Program-made: the position numbers and the translations under genes
The notes under the pieces: model-generated
The model's input: only the letters and a program-made list of their open reading frames with translations
Database searches by the model: none
Told to the model about the DNA's origin: nothing
From: an uncultured Spirochaetota bacterium
GTDB taxonomy: Bacteria; Spirochaetota; Spirochaetia; SZUA-6; Fen-1364
NCBI GenBank assembly: GCA_963768665.1
Contig: CAVYIU010000007.1
Location: 512,494-576,493 of the forward strand
Length of the DNA: 64,000 nucleotides
Direction: 5' to 3'
Shown: positions 41,001-51,591 of the stretch, piece by piece
Numbering within the stretch: the first letter of the stretch is position 1
Layout: the number at the start of each line of letters is the position of its first letter

Positions 41001-41795
41001 CTACGCGACGACGTTCAGCCAGCCGCCATCGACGTAGAAAGTGGATCCGACGCAGTAGCTCGACTTCGGCGAGCAGAGGAAGACGAAGAAGGCGGCGATT
41101 TCCTCCGGCGTCGCGAATCTCCCGATGGGCGCGTTCTTCTTGGCGATCTGGTCGAGGTAGTCCTCCCCGGTCGTGCCCGTTCCCTCCGTGAGCTGCCGTG
41201 CCGTCTTCTTCCAGTCCGGGGTGAGCACGAGGCCGGGGTTCACGCAGTTCACGCGGATGTTCTCCTTGATGAGCTCGTTGGAAAGGCACTTGGAGAACAT
41301 CATGAGCGCGGACTTCGTCACGTTGTAGATCGGCTCGTAGCCCAGGGGCTGCTTCGCGCAGATCGAGGCGTTGTTGATGATGACGCCGCCACCACGGGGT
41401 CGCATCAGGGGGACCAGCCCCCGGGAGAGCCGGACGGCCGCCATGACGTGCAGGTCCCAGTAGTACTGCCACTTCTCGTCAGCCGCATCCATGACCGTCT
41501 CGTTGCTTCCCGTGCCGGCATTATTGACGAGGATGTCGACGCCGCCAAACTCCTTTCCGATGGAGGCGATGGCGCGCGTCACGTCGTCCGCCTTCGCCAC
41601 GTCGGCGGAGATCGACACCGCGCGGACGCCGAACCGTGTGCGGAGTGATCCTGCAACGCCAGCGGCACGCGCGCCGTCGCGCGCGAGGATCGCCACGTGG
41701 CTGCCCTCCGCCGCGAGCCCTTCCGCGACTGCCAGCCCGATCCCGACGCTTCCTCCCGTGATGACCGCGATCTTCCCTTTCAAGCCGAGATCCAT
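41001..41795 (-). CDS. SDR family oxidoreductase
   Basis: TGGSVGIG, LVNNAG, YNVTK (YxxxK), VDGG. Confidence 0.94.
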   Translation of the reverse strand: MDLGLKGKIAVITGGSVGIGLAVAEGLAAEGSHVAILARDGARAAGVAGSLRTRFGVRAVSISADVAKADDVTRAIASIGKEFGGVDILVNNAGTGSNETVMDAADEKWQYYWDLHVMAAVRLSRGLVPLMRPRGGGVIINNASICAKQPLGYEPIYNVTKSALMMFSKCLSNELIKENIRVNCVNPGLVLTPDWKKTARQLTEGTGTTGEDYLDQIAKKNAPIGRFATPEEIAAFFVFLCSPKSSYCVGSTFYVDGGWLNVVA

Positions 41796-41856
41796 GTCGT
41801 CTCCTCCTCGTCAGCGCCGCCAGCTCTTCTCGAGCATGGCCAGTGCTCTCCATCGC

Positions 41857-42882
41857 CTACTCCTGGATGTCCACCATGACCTTCATCGACGTGTCCCGGT
41901 GCGCCTCGATGTGGTGGTATGCGTCGAGGTAGCGCGAGAACGCGAAATGGCTGGTGATGAGTGGCGCCAGGGTAACCTTCTCCTCCTCGATGAGGCTGAT
42001 CGCGGTCCGAAAATCCTTCTCCTGGTACATCAGCGTCCCGATCAGGCGCAGCTCACGATCCTGCACGAGGCCCATGTCGACGCTGGCCTTCTCCCCGAAG
42101 ACGCCCACGATGATGATGTCCGTGCCCTTGCGCGCGTGGGCAACGGCCTGCCCGACGGTCGGGTTGGCGCCGACACACTCCAGGATGAGGTCGGCCTTGT
42201 CCGGCCCGAAGGTGCGCATGATGAACTCACCGACGTCCGCGCTTGCCGGGTTCAGCCGGTGCTCGATGCCGCAGCGCGCGGCGACCTCCAGGCGGAAGTC
42301 GCTGAGGTCGGTGACGGCCACGACGGCCGCGCCCAGGCCCCGCGCCGCCTGCGCGGCGAGGTTGCCGATCGGTCCTGCCCCGAGCACGAGCACCTTCCTG
42401 CCGCGCACCGGGCCTCCCCGGCCCAGGGCGTGCACCCCGACGGCCAGCGGCTCCACCATGGCGCCGAAATCGAACGGCATCTTCGCCGGCAGCTTCAGGA
42501 CCCTGGCCGCGTCGACGGCGAAGAACTCGGATGCCGTTCCTGTCGTCTGGAAGCCCATGACCTTGAGGTTGTCGCAGATGTGGTACTGGCCGTGCCGGCA
42601 GGGATAGCAGGTGCCGCAGACGACCTGCGGCTGGATGGTGACCCTGTCACCGACGGACACCCCGCGGGCCCGCTTCCCTTTCCGGACGACCTCGCCGGAA
42701 ACCTCGTGGCCCTGGACGACCGGGTAGGATGTGTAGGGGTGCTTCCCGTGGTAGACGTGGATATCGGACCCGCACACCCCGATGCGGGCGATCTTCACGA
42801 GGACCTGATCCTCGCGCGGCTCGGGCACCGGGACGTCGCGGAACTCGATGCTCCCCGGGGAGACCATCATTGCCTGGCGCAT
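41857..42882 (-). CDS. Zinc-dependent (sugar-)alcohol dehydrogenase
   Basis: GVCGSDIH, GHE, CGTCYPC...C structural Zn site, GAGPIG. Confidence 0.93.
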   Translation of the reverse strand: MRQAMMVSPGSIEFRDVPVPEPREDQVLVKIARIGVCGSDIHVYHGKHPYTSYPVVQGHEVSGEVVRKGKRARGVSVGDRVTIQPQVVCGTCYPCRHGQYHICDNLKVMGFQTTGTASEFFAVDAARVLKLPAKMPFDFGAMVEPLAVGVHALGRGGPVRGRKVLVLGAGPIGNLAAQAARGLGAAVVAVTDLSDFRLEVAARCGIEHRLNPASADVGEFIMRTFGPDKADLILECVGANPTVGQAVAHARKGTDIIIVGVFGEKASVDMGLVQDRELRLIGTLMYQEKDFRTAISLIEEEKVTLAPLITSHFAFSRYLDAYHHIEAHRDTSMKVMVDIQE

Positions 42883-43064
42883 CGCATTCCTCCTCGATGG
42901 CATGCCGCGCCCAGGGCACTGGGCGCGTTTGTTTGTATAGTGTATGAACGAGCGTGCTGTCAAGGCGACGCGGTCCGTTCGGTCCGGTGGTTCCGTGCCA
43001 TTGACGGGGACGGGTGACGGGGAAAGATAGGTGGCGCGGCAGAGGCCCGCGCAAGGGAGGGTTC

Positions 43065-44435
43065 ATGGACAATGCAGGCGGTTCCCGGGAGCGGTTGTAC
43101 GGCGGGGATTTCTCCGCTGAGGAGATGAAAGGGCGGCGCGCTCGGGTTGCGGCCGCCATCGGCGCCTCGGCGCTGGCCGTTGTGCAGGGTGCGGCGAAGA
43201 ACCCCACCCACGACCTGTTCCGCCAGGCGAATGACTTCTATTACCTCACCGGCGTGGAAGTCCCGCACGCTTACCTCCTCATCGAGGGGAAGAGCGGGAA
43301 GGCCCTCCTCTTCCTGCCGCACCGCAGCCGCGAGCTCGCCGAGCGGGAAGGGGAGCTCCTGAGCGCCGAGAACGGCTCCGCCTGGCGCGACGCGCTCGGC
43401 GTCGACGAGGTTCTCGGCGTCGAGGCGTTCGCGCAGAAACTCGAGGGCGTCACGACCCTCTACACTCCTTTCCGGCAGGGAGAGGAGCTGGTCATGAGCT
43501 GGGACACGAACCAGCGGGCCAGCCAGGACATCATGTCCGACCCGTGGGACGGCCGCGCCGACCGCACGTCCCACTTCCTGTCCCTCCTGCGCTCGCGCTG
43601 CCGCAAGGCCGAGCTGCGCGACCTTGCGCCGACACTCGATGCGCTGCGCCTCGTCAAGAGCCCGCGGGAGATCGAGCTCATGAGAGTTGCCGGGCGCCTC
43701 GCCGGCCAGGGACTCATCGATGCCATGCGCTGCACGAAGCCCGGCGTCATGGAGTACCAGCTCGACGCCGTGATCCGCTACCGCTACCTGGTCGAGGGCT
43801 CCCGCGACGTCGCGTACCGGTCGATCGTGGCGGGAGGCGCCAACGCGTGGTACGGGCACTACAACGCCAACGATTGTCCGCTGCGGGACGGGGAGCTGCT
43901 GCTCCTGGATTCCGGGCCGGAGTACCGCTACTACACCAGCGACATCACCCGCATGTGGCCGGTGAACGGGACCTACTCGCCGGTCCAGAAGGAGCTCTAC
44001 GGGTACATCGTGGAGTATCACAAGGTGCTCCTGGGCGTGATCCGGGCCGGGCGTACCGAGATGGAGATCCGTGCCGAGGCCGCGCGCGAGATGGCCCCGG
44101 TGGTGGCGAAGACGCGCTTCTCGAAGGAGATCTACGCACAGGCTGCGCGCCGTACGCTCGATTTCGCGCACCTGACGCACAGCGTCGGCATGTCGGTGCA
44201 CGACGTGGGCACGTACAAGACCGGCGCGCCGATCGCTGCCGGCGTCGTGTTCGCCCTCGACCCGCAGCTCATCATCCCCGAGGAGAAGCTCTACATCCGC
44301 GTGGAGGACACTGTCGTGGTCACGGAAGGCGGCGTGGAGAACCTCAACAGCCTGGCACCGCTGGAGCTGTCCGACGTCGAGCGCACCATGCGCGAGCAGG
44401 CGCCAATGGCGATCCCCGTGGCCCCGCGCCGCTAG
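43065..44435 (+). CDS. Xaa-Pro aminopeptidase (M24B)
   Basis: FRQANDFYYLTG, KSPREI, LLDSG, SDITR, HSVGMSVHD, IRVEDTV. Confidence 0.9.
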   Translation: MDNAGGSRERLYGGDFSAEEMKGRRARVAAAIGASALAVVQGAAKNPTHDLFRQANDFYYLTGVEVPHAYLLIEGKSGKALLFLPHRSRELAEREGELLSAENGSAWRDALGVDEVLGVEAFAQKLEGVTTLYTPFRQGEELVMSWDTNQRASQDIMSDPWDGRADRTSHFLSLLRSRCRKAELRDLAPTLDALRLVKSPREIELMRVAGRLAGQGLIDAMRCTKPGVMEYQLDAVIRYRYLVEGSRDVAYRSIVAGGANAWYGHYNANDCPLRDGELLLLDSGPEYRYYTSDITRMWPVNGTYSPVQKELYGYIVEYHKVLLGVIRAGRTEMEIRAEAAREMAPVVAKTRFSKEIYAQAARRTLDFAHLTHSVGMSVHDVGTYKTGAPIAAGVVFALDPQLIIPEEKLYIRVEDTVVVTEGGVENLNSLAPLELSDVERTMREQAPMAIPVAPRR

Positions 44436-44442
44436 GCCCGCC

Positions 44443-45696
44443 ATGTCCATGAGCGCTTCGAAGTCAGACAGCGGGATCGTTCGCGCGCTCGCCGCCGAGT
44501 ACGCCGGGTTCGCGTCCCTCGACGTCCAGGCAGAGCGCGTGAAGCGCTACCGCGAGAGCAACGCGCGGCGGATGCCGCGCCCCGTGGTCCTCATCGACGA
44601 GATACCCTGGGGCGAGATGGACGCGGATGGCACGCTCGCCCTGCAGTGCCAGGATGCCCTCTGCCGGGACATGGAATGGTACTTCAAGTCATGGCTCTAT
44701 CGATGGAAGAACCTGCAGGGCGACCTGGTCCTGCCGGCCGGCTACCCCGTCCCCAAGCACGTCATTTCCACCGGCAACGGCTTCACGGTGAAAGAGCGCA
44801 CGATCAATGCGACCACGGGCAGCGACATCAAGGCGCACGAGTACGTCGACCAGCTCGCCAACGAGGGCGACATCGAGAAGTTCCGGCTGCCCACCCTTAC
44901 CGACGACCGCGCGGGGACCGAGAGGCACGTCGCGGCTGCCGAAGAGATCCTGGGCGGCGTGCTCCCTGTCAGGCTCACCGGCATGGCGTACGGCTCGGCT
45001 CCCTGGGACACGATCTCCGAGCTGCGCGGCGTGCCCAACGTGCTCTATGACCTGAGCGACAGGCCCGCGTACATGAAGCGCCTCGTGGCAAAGCTGGCCG
45101 AGATAGCCCTGCACACACTGCGGCAGATGGAGGAGCAGAACCTCCTGGAGCCGGACCCGCTGTACCTGCACTGCACACCTGCCTGCACGTACGATCTTCC
45201 CCCGGCGGACATGGACGCCTCCCACGTCCGCGCGAAAGACGTCTGGGGCCGGTACGCGGCGCAGGTCTTCGCCGCGGTGTCCCCGGCCATGCACGACGAG
45301 TTTGACATCCCGTACGCGAAGCAGACCATGGACGGCGTCGGTCTTCTCTACTACGGGTGCTGCGAGCCGCTGGACAACAAGATCGCCCTGCTGCGGCAGC
45401 TGCCGAACCTCCGCAAGGTCTCCATCACACCGTGGGCGGACGTGGACAAGGCCGCGGACAGGATAGGAAGCGACTACGTCCTGAGCTACAAGCCCAACCC
45501 TGCCTCGGTCGCCGGTGCGAGCTTCGATCCGGAGCCCGTGCGGAAGGAGATCTCCCGCGTGATCGCCGCCTGCAGGCGCAACGGCACGACCTGCGAGTTC
45601 ATCCTCAAGGACATCAGCACCGTTCACAACAGGCCCGGCAACCTCGTCCAGTGGGAGCGCACCGTGATGGCCCTCGTCGCGAAGGAGTGGACGTAA
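44443..45696 (+). CDS. Conserved hypothetical protein, UroD-like TIM-barrel family
   Basis: [43 protein letters not shown]. Family assignment from recalled motifs. Confidence 0.65.
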   Translation: MSMSASKSDSGIVRALAAEYAGFASLDVQAERVKRYRESNARRMPRPVVLIDEIPWGEMDADGTLALQCQDALCRDMEWYFKSWLYRWKNLQGDLVLPAGYPVPKHVISTGNGFTVKERTINATTGSDIKAHEYVDQLANEGDIEKFRLPTLTDDRAGTERHVAAAEEILGGVLPVRLTGMAYGSAPWDTISELRGVPNVLYDLSDRPAYMKRLVAKLAEIALHTLRQMEEQNLLEPDPLYLHCTPACTYDLPPADMDASHVRAKDVWGRYAAQVFAAVSPAMHDEFDIPYAKQTMDGVGLLYYGCCEPLDNKIALLRQLPNLRKVSITPWADVDKAADRIGSDYVLSYKPNPASVAGASFDPEPVRKEISRVIAACRRNGTTCEFILKDISTVHNRPGNLVQWERTVMALVAKEWT

Positions 45697-45740
45697 GCCT
45701 CGGCGCGGCACATCCTGGGAGCTGGCGGGGAGGAACAGGG

Positions 45741-46662
45741 GTGGGCACTGGTGCGGTGAAGGTTGCCATTCTCGGCTCGGGCAATATCGGCAGCGACCTC
45801 ATGTACAAGCTGCTGAAGCACAAGGGCGTGATGGAGCTCGCGCTCCTCGCCGGCATCGATGCCGCCTCGGACGGCCTTGCGCGCGCGCGCGCCGAGGGGG
45901 TGGCAGCGAGCCACGGCGGGATCCAGGCAGTCCTCGACTGCCCGGACGTCGAGCTGGTCTTCGACGCGACGAGCGCCCGGGCCCACGCCGTTCACGCACC
46001 GCTCCTGCGCGCCGCGGGCAAGATGGCCATCGACCTCACCCCGGCCGCGGTCGGTCCGTCGGTCGTGCCGCCGGTGAATCTCGGCGCCCACCTCGACGCG
46101 ACGAATATCAACCTCATCACCTGCGGCGGCCAGGCCACCATCCCCATTGTCCACGCGGTCAGCCGCGTCACCGCGGTGCAGTACGCCGAGATGGTGAGCA
46201 CGGTGGCGAGCCTCTCCGCGGGCCCGGGGACCCGCCAGAACATCGACGAGTTCACTTTCACCACCTCCCGCGGCCTCGAGACAATCGGGGGCGCGAAGCA
46301 GGGAAAGGCAATCATCATCCTCAACCCGGCCGCTCCGCCCATCCTGATGCGCAACACCATCTACGTCGTGCCACGCGCCGAGGAGTTCGACGCGGCGGCC
46401 ATCATCCAGTCGGTCGAGAGCATGGTCGCCGAGGTGCAGGCGTACGTTCCCGGCTACAGGCTGAAGAGTGCGCCGGTGACGGACAGGAGGCAGACGCCCT
46501 GGGGCGCCAGGACGGTCATCGTGATCCTTCTCGAGGTCGAGGGTGCCGGTGACTACCTGCCGCCGTACGCCGGGCAACCTCGACATCATGACCTCGGCGG
46601 CATACCGCGCCGGGGAGCTGTACGCCCGTCACATCCGCGAACGGAAGGGGGGACCATTGTGA
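45741..46662 (+). CDS. dmpF: Acetaldehyde dehydrogenase (acylating) (frameshift near 46572)
   Basis: [51 protein letters not shown] after frame correction. Confidence 0.92.
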
Positions 46663-47676
46663 AACCGCCGCGCCTCGTCGATTCGACCCTCCGCGACGGC
46701 TCACACGCAATGGCCCACCAGTTCACCCGCGCGCAGGTGCGCCAGGTCGTGACGGCCCTGGATGCCGCGGGGATACCGGTGATCGAGGTGTCCCACGGGG
46801 ACGGGCTGGCGGGATCGTCCCTGCAGTATGGTTTCTCGGGGACCGCCGAAATGGACCTCATCGAGGAAGCGCGCAGCGCCGCGCACAACGCGAAGATCGC
46901 GGGCTTGCTCCTGCCCGGGAGTCGGCACGCGCGCGGACCTGAAGGAGGCGGTCTCGCGCGGCATCCAGATGGTCCGCGTCGCCACGCAGTGCACCGAGGC
47001 CGACGTGTCGGAGCAGCATTTCGGCATGGCGAAGGAGATGGGGCTGGAGACGGCCGGGTTCCTCATGATGGCCCACGTGCGGCCCCCCGGGTTCCTCGCG
47101 GAACAGGCACGAAAGATGGAATCGTACGGCTGTGACTGCGTCTACGTTGTGGATTCCGCCGGCGCAATGCTGCCCCCGGACGCCGCGGCGCGGGTGGCCG
47201 CTCTCAAGGGGGCGCTCCGCACGGCCGCGGTGGGCTTCCACGCGCACAACAACCTGGGGCTCGGCGTGGGCAACACGCTGGCCGCGCTGGAAGCGGGCGC
47301 GGACTGGGTTGATGGGACCCTGCGCGGGCTCGGGGCCGGTGCGGGCAACGCGGCCACGGAGCTCCTGGCCGCGGTCCTGGACCGGATGGGCTTGAATCCC
47401 GGTGTCGATGTTTTCCGCCTTCTTGCCGCGGCCGAGTTCGTCGTGGCGCCCATGATCACCCGGACGCCCATTCCCGACCGGGATGCGATTGCCATCGGCT
47501 ACGCGGGAGTCTACTCGACGTTCCTTCTCCACGCGAAACGCCTGGGAGAGAAGTACGGCGTGGATCCCGTGGAGATACTCGTCGAGCTCGGGCGGCGCAA
47601 GACCATGGCCGGCCAGGAGGACATGATCCTCGACGTGACGCTGGAGCTGGCCCGCAGGCGTGGCGAGAGCACCTGA
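46659..47676 (+). CDS. dmpG: 4-hydroxy-2-oxovalerate aldolase (frameshift near 46918)
   Basis: [55 protein letters not shown]. Confidence 0.92.
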
Positions 47677-47750
47677 AGAAATCCCTTTCCAGTCGACATC
47701 CCCTGTGCTATTCTCCGTCAACAGACATTCCATCTCGTAAAGGAGGATCT

Positions 47751-49499
47751 ATGAAGCGCTTTCTCGTTCTCCTGGTGGTATTCGCGGCGCTCACAGGGAC
47801 GCTTTTCGCCGCGGCAACCATCAAGAACCCGGATACCCTCATCTACGCGAACATAAGCGACGAGGTCAGTCTTGACCCGGCGGTCGCCTACGACAACGCG
47901 TCCTGGAGCGTGCTGAACGTCCTCTATGACAGGCTGGTCGATTTCAAGGGTACCGACCTGGGGAGCTTTGTTCCCAAGCTCGCCACGGCGGTCCCGACGG
48001 TCGCCAACGGCGGCATCTCCAAGGACGGGAAGACGTACACGTTCACCATCCGCTCCGGGGTCAAGTTTCAGAACGGGTACCCACTCACGGCCGATGACGT
48101 GGCGTACAGCTTCAAGCGCGCCATGGTCACGGATCCGGACGCGGGTCCTGACTGGGTCTGGTACCAGCTCTTCCTGGGCAGCGGCGGGTCCCGCGACGAC
48201 AAGGGGAACATCTCCGCGAAGTTCGCGGACATCGACAACGCGGTCACGGTGAGCGGCTCCAAGGTGACGTTCCACCTCGCCTCGCCGTACCCCGCATTCA
48301 TGTCGGTGCTTGCCGGCAAGTGGGGTTCCATCCTGAGCAAGAAGTGGGTGACGGAGAAGGGCGGCTGGGACGGCACGGAGGCCACCTGGCAGAGCTTCAA
48401 CAACCCCGCCACGGGCAAGGAAACCCTCTTCGACATCGCCAACGGCACCGGGCCTTACAGCCTGGTCCGCTGGGACAAGAAGGTGGAGCTGGACGTCACC
48501 CGCAACGACGCCTACTGGGGCCCGAGGCCCGCGCTGAAGAACGGTGTCATCAAGATCGTTGACGACATGGCCACCCGCAAGCTCATGCTCCTGCAGGGCG
48601 ACGCGGACGTCATCTACGTCCCCGCCACCAACTTCCCCGAGATGGCCAATGAGAAGGGCATCAAGATCTACAAGGACCTTCCCGCCATCGACACGGCCGG
48701 CGCTCACTTCAACCTGAACATCAACGCGCAGGACAACCCCTCCATCTTCTCCGGCAAGCTCGACGGGCAGGGCATCCCCCCTGACTTCTTCGCGGACAAG
48801 AACGTGCGCCTGGGCTTCATCTACGCGTGGGACGAAAAGACGGAGATCAAGGACGGGTACAACGGCAACGCCATGGACCCCGTCACGTTCATTCCCAAGG
48901 GTCTCCCCTTCAAGAACACCGCGCTTGAGAGCAAGCCGCACGACCCGGATAAGGCAAAGGCTGCCTTCCAGGCGGCGTTCAACGGGCAGGTGTGGGCGAA
49001 CGGCTTCAAGATGGAGTTGCTCTACAACTCCGGCAACACGGAGCGGGAGACGGCGGCACACATCCTCGCCGACAACGTCATGGCACTGAACCCGAAGTTC
49101 CAGGTGACCGTGCGCGGCGTCGAATGGGCCGAGTTTACCGACGCCAACAAGAACAAGAGGGTGCCGGTGCTCTTCATGGGCTGGGGCCCGGACTACCCGG
49201 ACCCCGATGACTACGCGGTTCCCTACATGTCGTCCAACGGCTACTTTGCCGGGCGCCAGAGCTACAAGAACCCCACGGCGGACGATCTCGTAACAAAGGC
49301 GGGCGTGGAGCTCGACCAGACCAAGCGCGCGGCCGACTACAACCAGCTGCAGCAGATCTGGCTGGATGACGCCATCGCCATCCTCTTTGCGCAGCCGCTG
49401 CGCCAGCGGTTCTTCAAGGACTGGGTGAAGGGCTACTACTACACGCCGATGGAGAGCCAGGAGTTCGACCTGCTCCCCGTCCTCAGCAAAGGCTACTAG
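47751..49499 (+). CDS. Peptide/nickel-type ABC substrate-binding protein (DppA-like)
   Basis: Signal peptide, SLDPAVAYD, SKDGKTYTFTIR, NGTGPY, GWGPDYPDPD. Confidence 0.93.
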   Translation: MKRFLVLLVVFAALTGTLFAAATIKNPDTLIYANISDEVSLDPAVAYDNASWSVLNVLYDRLVDFKGTDLGSFVPKLATAVPTVANGGISKDGKTYTFTIRSGVKFQNGYPLTADDVAYSFKRAMVTDPDAGPDWVWYQLFLGSGGSRDDKGNISAKFADIDNAVTVSGSKVTFHLASPYPAFMSVLAGKWGSILSKKWVTEKGGWDGTEATWQSFNNPATGKETLFDIANGTGPYSLVRWDKKVELDVTRNDAYWGPRPALKNGVIKIVDDMATRKLMLLQGDADVIYVPATNFPEMANEKGIKIYKDLPAIDTAGAHFNLNINAQDNPSIFSGKLDGQGIPPDFFADKNVRLGFIYAWDEKTEIKDGYNGNAMDPVTFIPKGLPFKNTALESKPHDPDKAKAAFQAAFNGQVWANGFKMELLYNSGNTERETAAHILADNVMALNPKFQVTVRGVEWAEFTDANKNKRVPVLFMGWGPDYPDPDDYAVPYMSSNGYFAGRQSYKNPTADDLVTKAGVELDQTKRAADYNQLQQIWLDDAIAILFAQPLRQRFFKDWVKGYYYTPMESQEFDLLPVLSKGY

Positions 49500-49517
49500 C
49501 GCATTCTCCCCGCTTCC

Positions 49518-49553
49518 GCGCGGAGCCCCCCTGCGGGGGCTCCGCGCCTTTTT
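49518..49553 (+). terminator. Intrinsic terminator after the SBP gene
   Basis: 13-bp stem GCGCGGAGCCCCC/GGGGGCTCCGCGC followed by CTTTTT. Confidence 0.78.
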
Positions 49554-49554
49554 G

Positions 49555-49583
49555 TTGACATGCCCGAAAGTATCCCCTAACGT
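49555..49583 (+). promoter_or_regulatory. Internal sigma70-type promoter for the permease genes
   Basis: TTGACA-N17-TAACGT immediately after the terminator. Confidence 0.65.
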
Positions 49584-49617
49584 TACGGGCGGCCCCGTCC
49601 CCTGAAGGAGTCCTGAC

Positions 49618-50651
49618 GTGAGTCTGTTTGCCTACATCGTGCGCCGCCTCCTCCTGATGATCCTCGTGCTCATCGGGGTTTCCCTGCTCATCTTCACCGT
49701 CATGATGCTCCTGCCGCCCGGGCCAGCGCGTGGCCATCTACGTCACCAGTGACCGGGTCTCCCCGGCCCAGATGGATGCCATGATCACGAAGTACGGGCT
49801 GAACGATCCTGCCCCGTCCAGTACTTCCGCTGGGTCAAGAACCTCTTCCACGGCGAGTTCGGCTACTCGGTCACCGCAAGCTCGCCGGTCATCGCCGGGT
49901 TCGTCCGGTTCTTCCCCACCACGCTGGAGCTCGTTCTCTATTCGACTCCCTTCATCATCCTGGTGGGTATCCTCCTCGGCACCCTGGGTGCCGTGCGCAA
50001 AGACACGGCAGCGGATCACTTCACGCGCATCTTTGCCATCGTGGGGTATTCCCTGCCCACCTTCTGGCTGGGACTCCTCCTGATGATGATCTTCTACGGC
50101 TTCTTCGGGATCTTTCCCCCGGGCACGGTTGGCAATGACGCCCGCAACGTTATCTACGGGGCCGCCTATCACCAGTACACGCACCTTCTCACGCTTGATG
50201 CCATCCTCAACTGGCGCTGGGACGTGTTCTGGGATGCCCTGTACCGCATGGTCCTTCCCACCATCAACCTCGTCATCATCAACTCCGCGCTCATCATGCG
50301 CCTCATGCGCTCCAGCATGCTTGAGTCCCTGGGCCAGGACTACATGATGACAGCCCGGGCAAAGGGGCTGACCGCAGGACACTCTACCGCCGGCATGCCC
50401 GGCGAAACGCAATGCTGCCGGTCATTACCGTGTCCGGGCTCACCTTTGCGGGCCTCATGGGCGGCATGGTCATCACGGAGACCATCTTCGACCGCAAGGG
50501 AATCGGTTGGTGGATGGCCCAGGCAGCTCTTGGGCTCGACGTCGGGGCCATCATGTTCAACGTCCTTTTCCTGGGCACGTTGTACGTCGTCATCAACCTC
50601 ATCGTGGACCTAGTCTACGCCTACGTGGACCCGCGCGTACGGCTGAGCTGA
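49618..50651 (+). CDS. Peptide-type ABC permease (DppB-like; several frameshifts)
   Basis: GTG start with SD AAGGAG, YIVRRLL, SLPTFWLG, QDYMMTARAKG, ITETIF, VDPRVR across frames. Confidence 0.85.
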
Positions 50652-50661
50652 GAGGCATTCC

Positions 50662-51591
50662 GTGGAAACAGAGAAAGACCAGCGCCACCTGCGCACCATG
50701 CATCCCCGCATGCGGGAGATGCTCTTCACGGGGAAGCGGTTCTTCCGCAACCCGCTGTCGGTGATCGGGCTGAGCCTTATCGTGATCTTCGGGCTCATCG
50801 CCATCCTCGCGCCGGTGCTGGCGCCCCCGAAGTACGCGGATCCCTTCAAGATCCCCCACGAGGGCTACCGCATCGAGCCTTCGCCCCCGAGCGCCGCGCA
50901 TCCCCTGGGCACCACGCAGCAGCAGTACGACATGCTCTATGGCCTCATCTGGGGGGCGCGGAGCGCGTTCAAGATCGGCGTGCTCGTGGTGGCGGCCAAC
51001 CTGTTCATCGGGATCCTCCTCGGCGCGCTTGCCGGCTACTTCGGGGGCCTCGTGGACGAGGTCATCATGCGGATCGCCGACATCTTCTACGCCATCCCGT
51101 TCCTCGTGATGGCCATGGCAATGGTGGTGGCCATCGGCAGGGGGCTGAAGGCGGTCATCATCGTGCTCATCATCCTCGAGTGGCCGAGCTATACCCGCGT
51201 GATCCGCAGCGACATCCTGGTGACCCGCGGGAAGGACTTCATCCTCGCCGCCCGGGCGAGTGGCGCGTCCCACCTGCGGATCATCTTCACCCACGTGCTT
51301 CCCAACGCCATGTACTCGGTGCTCATCCTCGCGTCCCTGAACATCGGGACCACCATCCTCACTGCCGCGGCGCTCTCCTTCCTGGGCCTGGGCTCGGAGA
51401 CGGGCACGGCGGACTGGGGCCAGATCGTCTCCCTCTGCCGCAACTGGATTGTCGGCACGCCGGGCAACCGTTTCGCCTACTGGTACACGGTGTTCATCCC
51501 GGGATTCGTCATCTCGCTGTTCGTCCTTGGCTGGAACCTGCTGGGGGATGCCGTGCGCGACGTCTTCGATCCCCGCATGAGGAGGCGGTAG
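50662..51591 (+). CDS. Peptide-type ABC permease (DppC-like)
   Basis: HPLGT, FILAARASGA, LSFLGLG, WNLLGDAVRDVFDP. Confidence 0.94.
   Translation: METEKDQRHLRTMHPRMREMLFTGKRFFRNPLSVIGLSLIVIFGLIAILAPVLAPPKYADPFKIPHEGYRIEPSPPSAAHPLGTTQQQYDMLYGLIWGARSAFKIGVLVVAANLFIGILLGALAGYFGGLVDEVIMRIADIFYAIPFLVMAMAMVVAIGRGLKAVIIVLIILEWPSYTRVIRSDILVTRGKDFILAARASGASHLRIIFTHVLPNAMYSVLILASLNIGTTILTAAALSFLGLGSETGTADWGQIVSLCRNWIVGTPGNRFAYWYTVFIPGFVISLFVLGWNLLGDAVRDVFDPRMRRR

Noticed and set aside
22935-41648. Long antisense ORFs (22935..24650, 25194..27077, 39024..41648 and similar)
   Set aside because: Typical stop-poor shadow frames of high-GC genes, with no recognisable domains.
45357-47135. Apparent DmpF-DmpG fusion
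   Set aside because: An extra G near 46572 breaks the conserved YAGNLDIMT motif. The corrected frame stops at 46662, overlapping the dmpG GTG.
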